Below, piece after piece: positions 10,201-20,451 of a stretch of 64,000 bases of DNA. The stretch covers positions 736,001 to 800,000 of the forward strand of contig CAWELD010000003.1 in NCBI GenBank assembly GCA_963809895.1, written 5' to 3'. Position 1 is the first letter of the stretch. Each line of letters begins with the position of its first letter. This DNA comes from an uncultured Gemmatimonadales bacterium. Its GTDB lineage: Bacteria > Gemmatimonadota > Gemmatimonadetes > Longimicrobiales > Gaopeijiaceae. The position numbers were made by a program, and so were the translations under genes. A model generated the notes under the pieces. That model saw only the letters and a list, made by a program, of their open reading frames with translations, had not been told where the DNA came from and made no database searches.

Positions 10201-10418
10201 GATCGATCCGGACCCTGATGTGGGCGCTGGCCTTGGGCGTGGTGGCGGTTCTCGCCGTGCGGCCGCTGGACGCGCTGGGCGAGGTGCTGCTCCTGCCCCC
10301 TTCGTACCGCCCGGGCGTGCGTATCTTCCTGGGGTGCCTCTGGGCTCTCGGCGTGGCGACGGTGTGGAGCTACCGGCCGTCGAGCGTGGCGACGGAGCCA
10401 CCCGACGAGGATCGCTGA
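10197..10418 (+). CDS. Small 2-TM hypothetical protein
   Basis: Two hydrophobic helices; translationally coupled to the upstream gene. Confidence 0.5.
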   Translation: MRSIRTLMWALALGVVAVLAVRPLDALGEVLLLPPSYRPGVRIFLGCLWALGVATVWSYRPSSVATEPPDEDR

Positions 10419-10421
10419 GAC

Positions 10422-11426
10422 TCAGGCCTCTTCGTGCGCCGACGCCATCAGCGCGTCCCGGCAGCGACGCACCACCTCGCCGGCGGGGAGGATCTCCCGG
10501 ATCGCCTCGACGGACCGGCCGGCCTGCCAGATCTCCCGTGATCCCGATCCCTCGGCCCGGAGTCCCCTCCGGAGCCGCCACAGGCTCCTGAGGCTGTAGA
10601 GGGAGCGGACCAGGTGCTTGGTGCGGCGGTGCTTCAGCAGCCAGCGTGACAGGAAGCCGGCCCGGGTGCCCATGGCCCGCACGTAGGGCGTGTTCAGCAC
10701 GGCGACCGGCACGCCGGTGATCCGTTCCGACCACACCACGTCGTGGGCACGGGCCTCGACGATGGCCTGCTTGTACGCGTCGCTGGCGCCGCACTCCCGG
10801 GTGGCGATGAAGCGCGTGCCCATCTGGACCCCCGCGTATCCGGCCCCCACGGCGCGGGCGAATCCCTGGGCGTCACCCACGCCCCCGGCGCACACCACGG
10901 GCAGCTCGAGATCTTCCACGGCATCGAGGAGCGCCAGCGGCTCCAGGGGACCCGGATGGCCCCCCGCTCGTCGGTTGACGGCGATGAGCCCGTCGACACC
11001 GGCGTCGCGGCCCTTCAACGCCCATTTGCGCTCGGTGACGTCGTGATAGACCAGGCCGCCGACCGCGTGCACGCGCTCGACGACCCAGTCCGGCTTGCCC
11101 AGCGACGTCACCACGAAGCGGATGCCTTCCTCCAGGGCGATGTCCAGCCAGCCCTCCATGCGCTTGCGGTACGTCCTGGAAGAGGCCTCGATCAGGCAGT
11201 TCATGCCGATGGGCCTGGAGGTGAGCGACCGGATCCGCCGGATTCCGTCCCTGAAGTCCAGGCCCAGCACGTAGGTGAGCGTCAGGGGCTGCACGATCCC
11301 GATACCGCCGGCCTCGGACACGGCCGCCACCAGCTCCGGGTTCGAGCACGGGTACATGGCGCCGCACACGAGGGGCACCTCGATGCCGGCATCGCGGGTC
11401 AGGGGCGTATGCAGTGGGCTGGCCAT
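10422..11426 (-). CDS. Nitronate monooxygenase / 2-nitropropane dioxygenase family flavoprotein
   Basis: ELVAAVSEAGGIG, AGGH, PVVCAGGV and GVQMGTRFIATREC motifs. Confidence 0.9.
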   Translation of the reverse strand: MASPLHTPLTRDAGIEVPLVCGAMYPCSNPELVAAVSEAGGIGIVQPLTLTYVLGLDFRDGIRRIRSLTSRPIGMNCLIEASSRTYRKRMEGWLDIALEEGIRFVVTSLGKPDWVVERVHAVGGLVYHDVTERKWALKGRDAGVDGLIAVNRRAGGHPGPLEPLALLDAVEDLELPVVCAGGVGDAQGFARAVGAGYAGVQMGTRFIATRECGASDAYKQAIVEARAHDVVWSERITGVPVAVLNTPYVRAMGTRAGFLSRWLLKHRRTKHLVRSLYSLRSLWRLRRGLRAEGSGSREIWQAGRSVEAIREILPAGEVVRRCRDALMASAHEEA

Positions 11427-11536
11427 GGAGACCGAAGGTGGAACGGCGGGCCGTTCCGTGCCAGATTGCCCGATCGATCGCCCTTCCGACGGAGCTTTCG
11501 GGAGCGGTGGCTCGTGACCCTTCCAGGAGGATGCGG

Positions 11537-12016
11537 ATGAGCGTGCGTGTGTTGGCACTGGCGCTGGTCGCGCTCTGTGGGGTTCCGGCCCCTGGTGCGG
11601 CGCAGTCGGGTGAAGAAGAGGCGGTGATGGCCGTGGTGACCACCCTGTTCGACGGCATGCGCGAGAAGGATCGCGACAAGCTGGCGAGCGTCTGGCACCA
11701 GGAGGCGCGCTTGCAGTCCGCGGGTCGGGACCGTGACGGGAACCGGGTCGTGGCGACGACCCCGGTGGAGTCGTTCATGCAGAGCATGGTCTCCATGGCG
11801 CCGCAGGTCGACGAGGTGACCTTCGACGAGCAGGTCTTCATCGACGGTGACCTGGCCATGGTATGGGCGCCCTACAACGTCTTCGTCGACGGGGAATTTC
11901 GGCACTGCGGCGTCGACGCGTTCCAGATGGTGCGGACGGACGACGGCTGGAAGATCCTCCAGCTCGCCGACACCAGAACGCAGGAGGGATGTGATCCCTC
12001 CCGAAAGGGCGGATGA
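11537..12016 (+). CDS. Exported NTF2/SnoaL-like protein
   Basis: AGGAGG RBS, signal peptide, DGDLAMVWAPY..HCGVDAFQMVRTDDGWKI. Confidence 0.8.
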   Translation: MSVRVLALALVALCGVPAPGAAQSGEEEAVMAVVTTLFDGMREKDRDKLASVWHQEARLQSAGRDRDGNRVVATTPVESFMQSMVSMAPQVDEVTFDEQVFIDGDLAMVWAPYNVFVDGEFRHCGVDAFQMVRTDDGWKILQLADTRTQEGCDPSRKGG

Positions 12017-12103
12017 AGAAGGCCGGCGACCGCCGGCAACCACGTACCTTCGTCATCGCCCGGCCAGCCTGGTCGGGCGATGACGTTTTCGGCGGGTGAC
12101 ACC

Positions 12104-13555
12104 ATGGACGCTGGCGCGCAGCAAGGCGTGAGGATCGGCACCGGGGACTTCGCGCCCCGACGGGCCGAGCTCGCCGAGCTCGTCCGTCTGGCGGTGCCGG
12201 TGGCCGCGGTGCAGGTGGGGATGACCTTCCAGGGCGTGGTCGACTCCATCATGGTAGGCCACGTGTCACCGGTGGACCTGGCGGCCGTGGCGCTGGGCAA
12301 CGTCTACTTCTTCGCCGCCGTGGTCTTCGGCATGGGCGTGCTGTTCTCGCTGGACCCGGTCATCGCCCAGGCCCTGGGGGCCGGCGACCAGGAGGCGGTG
12401 GCCCGGGGATTCCAACGCGGACTGGTGCTGGCGGGGGCCCTCAGTCTCGGGGCCATGGCGTTCGTCCTGCCGGCGCGACCGGTGCTGGCGTTTCTGCGCC
12501 AGCCGCCCGAGGTCGTGCCGGTGGCCGCCGGGTACGCGCTGGCCACGGCGCCGGGCGTGCTGCCCTTCTACCTGTTCGTGGTACAGCGACAGACGCTTCA
12601 GGCCATGGGCCACATGCGCCCCGTGGTGTGGTCCATGGTGGTGGCGAACCTGGCCAACGTCGCCTTCAACTGGGTCTTCATCTACGGGCACCTGGGGGTG
12701 CCGGCCATGGGCGCCGTCGGCTCGGGCTGGGCCTCCACGCTCTCTCGCGCCGTCATGGCGCTGGTGCTGCTCGTGCTGGCGTGGCGCGACCTGGTGCCGC
12801 ACATGTCGCCGTTCCGCCGCGCGGTCCTGGCGCGAGCTCCCATGTGGCGCATGATCCGCCTGGGAGCGCCCACGGGGATCCAGCTCCAGCTCGAGTTCGG
12901 TGCCTTCGCCGGAGCGGGGCTCCTCATGGGCCTGCTGGGCACGGTGGCGGTGGCGGGCCATCAGGTCGCGCTGAACCTGGCCTCGTTGGCGTTCATGGTC
13001 CCTCTGGGCGTGGCCCAGGCCGCCGCGGTCCTGGTGGGACGCGCGGTGGGTGAAGCGGATCCCCCGGCGGCGCGTCGGGCCGCGGGTGCCGGCCTATTGG
13101 TGGGAGGAGGCTTCATGGTCTGCACCGCGGCCCTCTTCCTGCTCCTGCCCGGTCCGTTGGTCCGGATCTACTCCGCCGACCCGCCGGTGGTGCTTCTCGC
13201 GGCCAGTCTGCTGCCCATCGCGGGCGTCTTCCAGGTTTTCGACGGCCTGCAGGTGGTGGCGTCGTCGGTGCTGCGGGGCGTGGGCGACACCCGTACGCCC
13301 ATGCTGGTGAACCTCCTGGGGTTCTGGGCGGTGGGGCTGCCGGTGGGGCTCGTCCTCGGCTTTCCCGTGGGCGCTGGCGCGCGGGGTGTGTGGTGGGGAT
13401 TGGCGCTGGGCCTGGGGATGGTGGCGTTGCTGCTCCTGCGGCGGGTCCGGACCCGATTCGGTCGCGAGCTGCGCCGGGTCCTCATCGACGAGGCCGATCA
13501 CCGGCCCTCCCCTGAGCCTCCGGCGCGGGGCGACGAGGTGCCGGCGGGCTCGTGA
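12104..13555 (+). CDS. MATE family efflux transporter (NorM-like)
   Basis: 12-TM pattern; VDSIMVGH, DLAAVALG, FQVFDGLQVV..LRGVGDTRTPM. Confidence 0.92.
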   Translation: MDAGAQQGVRIGTGDFAPRRAELAELVRLAVPVAAVQVGMTFQGVVDSIMVGHVSPVDLAAVALGNVYFFAAVVFGMGVLFSLDPVIAQALGAGDQEAVARGFQRGLVLAGALSLGAMAFVLPARPVLAFLRQPPEVVPVAAGYALATAPGVLPFYLFVVQRQTLQAMGHMRPVVWSMVVANLANVAFNWVFIYGHLGVPAMGAVGSGWASTLSRAVMALVLLVLAWRDLVPHMSPFRRAVLARAPMWRMIRLGAPTGIQLQLEFGAFAGAGLLMGLLGTVAVAGHQVALNLASLAFMVPLGVAQAAAVLVGRAVGEADPPAARRAAGAGLLVGGGFMVCTAALFLLLPGPLVRIYSADPPVVLLAASLLPIAGVFQVFDGLQVVASSVLRGVGDTRTPMLVNLLGFWAVGLPVGLVLGFPVGAGARGVWWGLALGLGMVALLLLRRVRTRFGRELRRVLIDEADHRPSPEPPARGDEVPAGS

Positions 13556-13645
13556 ACTTCCTGGGGGGCTTCGGGTAACCGCGCTCGTCACACACCGGGA
13601 CCATACCCGGACATCACATTCGTCAGGAGCGCGAGCCTCCGACCG

Positions 13646-14260
13646 ATGCCTCGGCTGCCACTGTTTCCGTTGCCGGCCGTCCTCTTTCCGGGCGCGCCCA
13701 TGCCGCTGCACATCTTCGAGCCGCGGTATCGGCGCATGGTGAGCCGTTGCCTGGAGGGCGATGGTCGCTTCGGCCTCCTGCATCACGATTGTGACGAGCA
13801 GGGTCCGTTCCTGTCCGAAGAAGGGCGGGTGGGCTGTGTCGCGGAGATCGAGAAGCACCAGCCGCTCCCCGACGGCCGTTCCCTGATCCTGGTGCGAGGC
13901 GTCGCGCGGTTCCAGATCACGAGCGAGTTGGAGAGTGAGGAGCCGTTCTACGAAGCGTCGGTGTCGGGGTACACGGACACCACGCGCCCGCATCCGGACG
14001 CGATCCAGAAGGTGAGAGCGCGCACCTTGGAGCTCTTCCACGCGGTGCTCGAGAGCTTTCCGGAACCTCCCGACGAGGTTCCCGCCTTCGACCTCAATCG
14101 AGAACTTTCCTTCCAGCTCGCGCCCACCATCCAGATCGACCGGCGCTGGCAGCAGTCCCTCCTCGAGCTTCAGGACGAGGTGTACCGGCTCGAGCGACTG
14201 GATGCCGTCTTCCAGGCGGCCATCGATCGCAACATCCACGGTGAAGAAGGCGTCGCGTGA
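13646..14260 (+). CDS. LON peptidase substrate-binding (N-terminal) domain protein
   Basis: LPLFPLPAVLFPGAPMPLHIFEPRYRRMV motif; no ATPase domain. Confidence 0.9.
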   Translation: MPRLPLFPLPAVLFPGAPMPLHIFEPRYRRMVSRCLEGDGRFGLLHHDCDEQGPFLSEEGRVGCVAEIEKHQPLPDGRSLILVRGVARFQITSELESEEPFYEASVSGYTDTTRPHPDAIQKVRARTLELFHAVLESFPEPPDEVPAFDLNRELSFQLAPTIQIDRRWQQSLLELQDEVYRLERLDAVFQAAIDRNIHGEEGVA

Positions 14261-14634
14261 GCCAGGACGACCGTCCGGACCTTCCAGAACTTCCCGATCG
14301 CCCGACGCCATGGGTGGAGACCCGCCCCGGCGGGTTCTTCTTCCTCAACGCCGTCATCGTGGCGCCCATCCTCATGGTGGTCTACGCCGTCGCCCTGAGG
14401 TGGCTTCTGCGCAGCGTGGCGGGGCTGGACGGGCCCAGCCGGATTCTCGATCCCATTCCACTGGTCGCGGCCTACGTGGCACCGGTGATGGGGTGGCTGG
14501 CTCTGCCGGCAGCGGCCCTGGTGATCTGGAACCTGCGCATGGTGGACCGGCGCTGGGCACGCGTCGCCCTCTGGGTCTTCCTCATCGCACACCTGGGCAT
14601 GTTGACCTACACGGTGGGCCGTCTGGTCTCGTGA
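14257..14634 (+). CDS. Hypothetical membrane protein (3 TM)
   Basis: GTGA overlaps at both ends; hydrophobic helices. Confidence 0.65.
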   Translation: MSQDDRPDLPELPDRPTPWVETRPGGFFFLNAVIVAPILMVVYAVALRWLLRSVAGLDGPSRILDPIPLVAAYVAPVMGWLALPAAALVIWNLRMVDRRWARVALWVFLIAHLGMLTYTVGRLVS

Positions 14635-15329
14635 CAGGGTCTGCGCCGGGGCCGGCCGAGCTCCGCCACATCCGCGTCCCACGCAGTGCTCGCTACGCCA
14701 TGCTGGGTGAGGAGGGCGCTACCCCCGGGGATCTCTGGTTCGTCCTGCACGGCTACCGCCAGCTGGCCGCGCGATTCCTCGCCCGGTTCCGTTTCCTGAG
14801 GCGCCCGGGGCTGAGGATCGTCGCCCCCGAAGGACTGAGTCGCTTCTATCTCGACGACGCGCCGGGGCGTCACGGTCCCGAGTCCCGCGTGGGCGCCACC
14901 TGGATGACACGGGAAGACCGCGACACCGAGATCCGCGACTACGTGGAGTACCTCGACCTCCTCCACCACCATGTCCTGGCAGAGGTGGGACCCGCCGCCC
15001 GGGTCGGGATCCTGGGATTCTCCCAGGGGGCCCACACGGCGGCGCGCTGGGCGGTGCTGGGCCGGGTTCGACCGCATCGGCTGGTGCTGTGGGGTGCGTA
15101 CCTCCCCGAGGACCTGCCCTCGGAGCGGGCCGCCGAACGACTGGGGGGCACACGGCTGGTGCTCGTGCAGGGCCGGGACGACGAGCACCGTGAACCGGAG
15201 TTGGAAGCTCGACACCGGGCCCGGCTCGGGGAGCTGGGACTCGATGCGGACACGGTCTGGCACGACGGCGGCCACGCGCTGGAACCCGGCGTCCTGCGCC
15301 GGGTCATGGCCTTCGACGCGAAGGCGTAG
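14631..15329 (+). CDS. Phospholipase/carboxylesterase (alpha/beta hydrolase)
   Basis: LHGY, nucleophile GFSQG, C-terminal GGH. Confidence 0.85.
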   Translation: MTGSAPGPAELRHIRVPRSARYAMLGEEGATPGDLWFVLHGYRQLAARFLARFRFLRRPGLRIVAPEGLSRFYLDDAPGRHGPESRVGATWMTREDRDTEIRDYVEYLDLLHHHVLAEVGPAARVGILGFSQGAHTAARWAVLGRVRPHRLVLWGAYLPEDLPSERAAERLGGTRLVLVQGRDDEHREPELEARHRARLGELGLDADTVWHDGGHALEPGVLRRVMAFDAKA

Positions 15330-15339
15330 CCAGCCTCTC

Positions 15340-16278
15340 CTACGCGAACTCCCCGACCAATCCGATCTCGGGCACGAGCTCGTGGCCGGTCTCCCGCAGC
15401 ACCGTCTCCTGCGCCAGCCGCATGAGCCAGCGCACGTCCTCGGCGGTGGCGCCGCCGGTGTTGACGATGATGTTGGCGTGACGGTGGAAGATCTGGGCGC
15501 CGCCGTGGACGCGGCCCTTGAGCCCACATTCGTCGATGAGGCGTCCGGCGCCGATCCCCTCGATCTTGCGAAAGACGGACCCGGCGCACGGGTAGAGCCA
15601 GAGATCGGGATGGCGGTCGTCGCGCCAGCGCAGGTTGTCGCGCATCACGTCCTGGAGCGTGTCGCGGGGCGTCGGCTCCAGCCGGAAGTCGGCGGACAGG
15701 ACGATGTCGGCGCGGTCGTGCAGCACCGAGTAGTCGTAGCCGAACCGGAAGTAGTCCGGGCCCACCCGGCGTCGCTCCCCCTCGGCGGTGAAGATCTCGA
15801 CGCCGTCGAGCACCTCCTCGATGAAGCAGGTGCGGCTGCGATCCGGTGACAGGAAGTGGAGGTTCTGCCACAGCGCTCCGCCCACCGTGGAGGGAATCCC
15901 CACGTAGTGGTGCAGGCCTCCCAGCCCGCGCGTCACGGTGGCGTCGATGAGCTCGTGATAGGTCTCCACCCCGGCGCCGGCGCGCACGGTGCGATCGTCG
16001 ACGAACTCGATCCCCCCCACGCGACAGTGGATGACCAGGCCCCGAAAGCCCCGATCCGCCACCAGGATGTTGGCTCCCTTGCCCAGCAGGAAATGGGGGA
16101 TCCCCGTCTCGCGCGCGACCTGGACGGCCTGCACGAGCTCCTCGGCGGTGCGGGCCTCGACCAGGAGGTCGGCGGGCCCTCCGATCCGGAAGGTGGTGAG
16201 CGGCGCCAGCGGCACGTTGCGGCGGACGCGCTCGGGCCCCAGGCGCCGGAGTACGTCGTCCAGGGGGAGTACGCTCAT
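15340..16278 (-). CDS. murB: UDP-N-acetylenolpyruvoylglucosamine reductase
   Basis: LAPLTTFRIGGPA, LGKGANILV, GIPSTVGGA, CAGSVFRK, HANIIVN. Confidence 0.92.
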   Translation of the reverse strand: MSVLPLDDVLRRLGPERVRRNVPLAPLTTFRIGGPADLLVEARTAEELVQAVQVARETGIPHFLLGKGANILVADRGFRGLVIHCRVGGIEFVDDRTVRAGAGVETYHELIDATVTRGLGGLHHYVGIPSTVGGALWQNLHFLSPDRSRTCFIEEVLDGVEIFTAEGERRRVGPDYFRFGYDYSVLHDRADIVLSADFRLEPTPRDTLQDVMRDNLRWRDDRHPDLWLYPCAGSVFRKIEGIGAGRLIDECGLKGRVHGGAQIFHRHANIIVNTGGATAEDVRWLMRLAQETVLRETGHELVPEIGLVGEFA

Positions 16279-16449
16279 GGGGTGCGGAGCTCGGAGGTCG
16301 CAAGGGTGTGAGCGAGGACCCGCGCCACGCCGAGCCACGTGGCGGACGCGGAACGGCCCCGGTGCCGTCGGGGCGGGCGGAAGATAGCGGCCCCGGCGCC
16401 GGGCGGATACCTTGGCGGGCCGAAGTCCCCCGTGACCCCAACTTCGACC

Positions 16450-18300
16450 ATGAAGCCACTTGCGACCTTCGTCGTCCTCGCCCTGTCCGCCGCCGGAGTC
16501 GCCACACCGGTCCTGGCCCAGGCGCCCATCCGCTACCGGCTCTCGTTCCCCGACCGCGACCACCACGAGGTCCGGGTAGAGGCCCATTTCGACAGCCTGC
16601 AGCCCGGTCCCCTGGAGCTGCGCATGAGCCGGAGCTCGCCGGGTCGATACGCGCTGCACGAGTTCGCCAAGAACGTCTACGACGTGCGCGCCGTGGGTGT
16701 GGACGGACACGAGCTGCCCACGACGCGGCCCAACCCCTATCAGTGGAACGTGGCCGGGCACGGGGGGAGCGTCACGGTGACGTACACGCTCTACGCCGAC
16801 CGTGGGGGCGGCACCTACAGCCAGGTGGACCGCACCCACGCGCACCTGAACATCCCGGCCACCTTCATGTACGCTCGCGGGCTGTTCGAGCGCCCCGTGC
16901 AGGTGACCTTCGACCTGCCGCCCGACGCCGGGTGGGAGGTGGCCACGCAACTCGTTCCCACCGGCGACGGCCACACCTTCAGCGCGCCCGACGTCTACTA
17001 CTTCATGGATTCGCCCATCGAAGTGGCCGACCTGTCGTGGCGGCAGTGGAGCGTGTCCCGCGACGGCCGCGACATGACCATGCGCGTGGCCATGCACCAC
17101 CTGGGCACCGACGCGGAACTGGACCGCTACGCCGAGGCCGCACAGGCCATCGCCGATGAAGAGGCCGCTGTCTTCGGCACGTGGCCGGCGTTCGACTTCG
17201 GCACCTACACCTTCCTGGCGTGCTACGTCCCATGGGCATCCGGAGACGGGATGGAGCACCGCAACTCCACCATGCTCACCAGCACCGGCTCGTTGGCCCG
17301 CTCCATGACGGGGCTGCTGGGAACCGTGGCCCACGAGTTCTTCCATTCGTGGAACATGGAGCGCATCCGTTCCGCCGAGCTGGAGCCCTTCGACTACGAA
17401 GCCGCGGACATGAGCCAGGAGCTCTGGTTCGGCGAGGGCTTCACCAGCTACTACGACGACGTGGCGCTGGTGCGGGCGGGGATCATCGACGAGGCGGAGT
17501 TCGTCGGCCGCATGGGGAGCGCGGCCTCGACCACGGTGAACGCGCCGGGCCGCCGCTTTTTCAGCCCGGTGGAGATGAGCATGCAGGCGCCCTTCGTGGA
17601 TGCCGCCACCTCCATCGACCCCACCAATCAGGCCAACACCTTCCTGTCCTACTACACATGGGGCTCGGCGGTAGGGCTCGGTCTGGACATGACCCTGCGC
17701 ACCCGCTTCGAGGGGGTGACACTGGACGATCTCATGCGCGAGATGTGGCGGCGGCACGGCGAGCCCCAGCGTCCCTACACGGTACGCGACATCGAGTCGG
17801 CGCTGGCGGCCGTCACCGGCGATGCGGCGTTCGCGCAGGACTTCTTCGACCGCTACGTGTGGGGGCGCGACGTGCCCGATTTCAGAACCCTGTTCGCCGG
17901 CATGGGCGTGCGCTTCGGCCCCGTGGAGCCCGAGGCTCCCTACCTCACCGGAGCCTTCGTCAGCGTGGACGAAGACGGGGGACTGGTGCGGTCCAACACC
18001 CTCGCCGGCGACCCGTTCTACCAGGCGGGCATCGACCGCGGGGATCGCATCCTCTCGCTGGACGGCACCCGCCTGGACTCCAACGAGGCGTATCAGGACG
18101 CGCTGGCCGATCTGGCGCCCGGCGATCGGGTCGAAGTCCAGGTCGAGGGGCGCACGGGACGTCGCACCGCGGAGGTGGCGGTGGGCGCGTCGCCGCGCCT
18201 GGGGGCCGTGCTGGATCCCGGTGCCGACGCAGCGGCGGCGCGCCGGCGTGAGGCGTGGGTGGCGTCGCGGGCCGGCGAGCTCACGGGAGGCCGCCCATGA
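16450..18300 (+). CDS. Exported M61 family metallopeptidase with C-terminal PDZ domain
   Basis: Signal peptide; GMEHRNS and HEFFHSWN zinc motifs; WFGEGFTSYY; AGIDRGDRILSLDG PDZ. Confidence 0.9.
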   Translation: MKPLATFVVLALSAAGVATPVLAQAPIRYRLSFPDRDHHEVRVEAHFDSLQPGPLELRMSRSSPGRYALHEFAKNVYDVRAVGVDGHELPTTRPNPYQWNVAGHGGSVTVTYTLYADRGGGTYSQVDRTHAHLNIPATFMYARGLFERPVQVTFDLPPDAGWEVATQLVPTGDGHTFSAPDVYYFMDSPIEVADLSWRQWSVSRDGRDMTMRVAMHHLGTDAELDRYAEAAQAIADEEAAVFGTWPAFDFGTYTFLACYVPWASGDGMEHRNSTMLTSTGSLARSMTGLLGTVAHEFFHSWNMERIRSAELEPFDYEAADMSQELWFGEGFTSYYDDVALVRAGIIDEAEFVGRMGSAASTTVNAPGRRFFSPVEMSMQAPFVDAATSIDPTNQANTFLSYYTWGSAVGLGLDMTLRTRFEGVTLDDLMREMWRRHGEPQRPYTVRDIESALAAVTGDAAFAQDFFDRYVWGRDVPDFRTLFAGMGVRFGPVEPEAPYLTGAFVSVDEDGGLVRSNTLAGDPFYQAGIDRGDRILSLDGTRLDSNEAYQDALADLAPGDRVEVQVEGRTGRRTAEVAVGASPRLGAVLDPGADAAAARRREAWVASRAGELTGGRP

Positions 18301-18758
18301 GCCGATTCGGCGAGGAGCTGGCGCGCATCATGGTCCGCGATCTGGACCGCCTGGCCGCGGAGGTCGAGGCCTACCCGACCGACGAGGCGCTGTGGCGGAT
18401 CGGGGGCGCGGCGCCCAACCGCGGCGGCACGTTGGCCCTCCATCTGGCGGGCAATCTCCGGCATTTCGTGGGTGCGGTGCTGGGCGGGAACGGCTACGTG
18501 CGGGACCGGGAGCGGGAGTTCGCCGCCCGGGACCTGTCACGACGCGCCCTGCTCGAGGAAATCGCGGCGGCCCGCGACGACGTGCAGAGCGTGCTGCCCT
18601 CAGTCTCGGATGCCGCACTCGACGCGCCCTGGCCCGGTCGCACGCCCCTCCAGGAGGGCGCCAGCACCCGGGAGATGCTGGTCCACCTCTCGGGTCATCT
18701 GGCGTATCACCTGGGGCAGATCAACTACCACCGTCGCTTGCTGGCGGCCGCGGACTGA
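18297..18758 (+). CDS. DinB/YfiT superfamily protein
   Basis: LALHLAGNL..YVRDREREF..HLAYHLGQINY His triad. Confidence 0.85.
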   Translation: MSRFGEELARIMVRDLDRLAAEVEAYPTDEALWRIGGAAPNRGGTLALHLAGNLRHFVGAVLGGNGYVRDREREFAARDLSRRALLEEIAAARDDVQSVLPSVSDAALDAPWPGRTPLQEGASTREMLVHLSGHLAYHLGQINYHRRLLAAAD

Positions 18759-18798
18759 GCTACCGAGACGCGGCGACGGGCCGTCGTCGCTTCGCGGC

Positions 18799-20373
18799 TC
18801 AGCGCCCGCGGCGGAGCACCCGGCCGGGCCGCAGGTCCAGGTAGCGACCGTCCTCCACCGCCACCACGCCGTTGACCACCACCCAGTCGATGCCCACCGG
18901 ATACTGGTGGGGGTCCTGGAAGGTGGCGAGGTCCGCCACGGTGGCCGGGTCGAAGACCACCAGATCGGCGTAGGCGCCGGCGCGGATACGGCCCCGCTGG
19001 GTCAGGCCCAGACGGTCGGCGGGCTGCGTCGTCATCTTGTGTACGGCCTCTTCCAGGGTGAGCAACCCCTTCTCGCGCACGTAGAGGCGCAGCACCCGGG
19101 GGAACGTGCCGTACCAGCGTGGGTGGGGATGTCCTTCGCCGGGCTGGGTGAGCCTCCCGTCCGACGCCACCATGGTCATGGGATGCTCGAGGATGCGCTC
19201 CACGTCGCCCTCGTCCAGGGCGTGGTAGATGGCCGAGGCTCCGCCCCGGCGGATGGCTTCCACCACCAGGCCCGCCCCCGTGGCCGGCGTCGGGTCGAGG
19301 CCTTCGCGCTCGGCCCAGTCCCGCAGCGTCTGCCCCTCCAGCGAGCGGTCCCACTCCACGAGGGCCAGCTGCACCCGGGACAGATCGTTGCCCCCACGGT
19401 CGTTGACGATGTTGTACTCGATCCCCGCCAGGATCGAGTCGGCCAGCGCCGGATCGTCCATGCGCCGCAGGAACGCGCTGTCGCCGTTCGCCATGGCCCA
19501 GGCCGGGACGAGGATACCGATGCCGGTGTACGTTGCGGTGTAGGGGTACTGATCGATGGAGACGTCGGTGCCCGCCGCCCGGGCAGAGTCCACCATGGCC
19601 AGCGTGGTCACAGAAGCACCCCACATGGGCTGTCCCACGACCTTGTGATGGGTGAGGACCACGGGGATTCCCGCGCGGCGCCCGATCTCCAGCGCCTCGG
19701 CGACACCCTCGAGGAGGCCCAATCCCTCTTCCCGCAGGTGCGAGGTGTAGATCCCTCCGGAATCGGCGGCGACCCCGGCCAGCGCCACCACCTCGTCCAC
19801 GTCGGAAAAGGCGCCGGGCAGGTACTTGAGACCGGTGCTGAGCCCGAAAGCGCCTTCGCCCATGGCGCGGGCCACCATGGCCTCCATCCGCTCCAGCTCG
19901 GCCGGCGTGGGTGCCCGGTCCTCCAGCCCCATGACTTCGCGGCGGATGGTGTTGTGGCCGGTGAGGAAGGCCACGTTCATGCCCACCCCCAGCGACTCGG
20001 CCTGCGCCAGGTAGTCGCCCAGAGGCCAGGGCCCTCCGCCGTCGGGGCCGCCCAGGGCCGTGGTGACGCCCTGACGTACATGGCTCTCGGCGCCGGGCAG
20101 GCGGAGGAGCGGATCCAGATGGGTGTGGAGGTCGATGAAGCCCGGCGCGACGACCATTCCGGCTGCATCCACCACCCTCGCGCCGGCGGTGTCCAGCGCT
20201 TCGCCCACCGCTACGATACGGTCTCCGCGCACGGCGACGTCGGCGAGGCGACCCGGCGCGCCGGAGCCGTCCACCACGGTCCCGCCGCGGATCACCAGGT
20301 CATACGGCTCCGGGGCGGCGCATCCCGCCAGAAGGGCGAACGCGAGCGCGAGCGGCAGGGCGGGACGGGTCAT
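18799..20373 (-). CDS. N-acyl-D-amino-acid deacylase family amidohydrolase, lipoprotein
   Basis: Lipobox LLAGC; APGFIDLHTH; HPRWYGTFPRVL; ADLVVFDP. Confidence 0.9.
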   Translation of the reverse strand: MTRPALPLALAFALLAGCAAPEPYDLVIRGGTVVDGSGAPGRLADVAVRGDRIVAVGEALDTAGARVVDAAGMVVAPGFIDLHTHLDPLLRLPGAESHVRQGVTTALGGPDGGGPWPLGDYLAQAESLGVGMNVAFLTGHNTIRREVMGLEDRAPTPAELERMEAMVARAMGEGAFGLSTGLKYLPGAFSDVDEVVALAGVAADSGGIYTSHLREEGLGLLEGVAEALEIGRRAGIPVVLTHHKVVGQPMWGASVTTLAMVDSARAAGTDVSIDQYPYTATYTGIGILVPAWAMANGDSAFLRRMDDPALADSILAGIEYNIVNDRGGNDLSRVQLALVEWDRSLEGQTLRDWAEREGLDPTPATGAGLVVEAIRRGGASAIYHALDEGDVERILEHPMTMVASDGRLTQPGEGHPHPRWYGTFPRVLRLYVREKGLLTLEEAVHKMTTQPADRLGLTQRGRIRAGAYADLVVFDPATVADLATFQDPHQYPVGIDWVVVNGVVAVEDGRYLDLRPGRVLRRGR

Positions 20374-20451
20374 CTGGCCTCCGGGGGCAGGTGGGATCCG
20401 GAGGCCAGGGTAGGGGAGGACCGGCCCGTGGACCAGTCCCCTGCAGGCTGG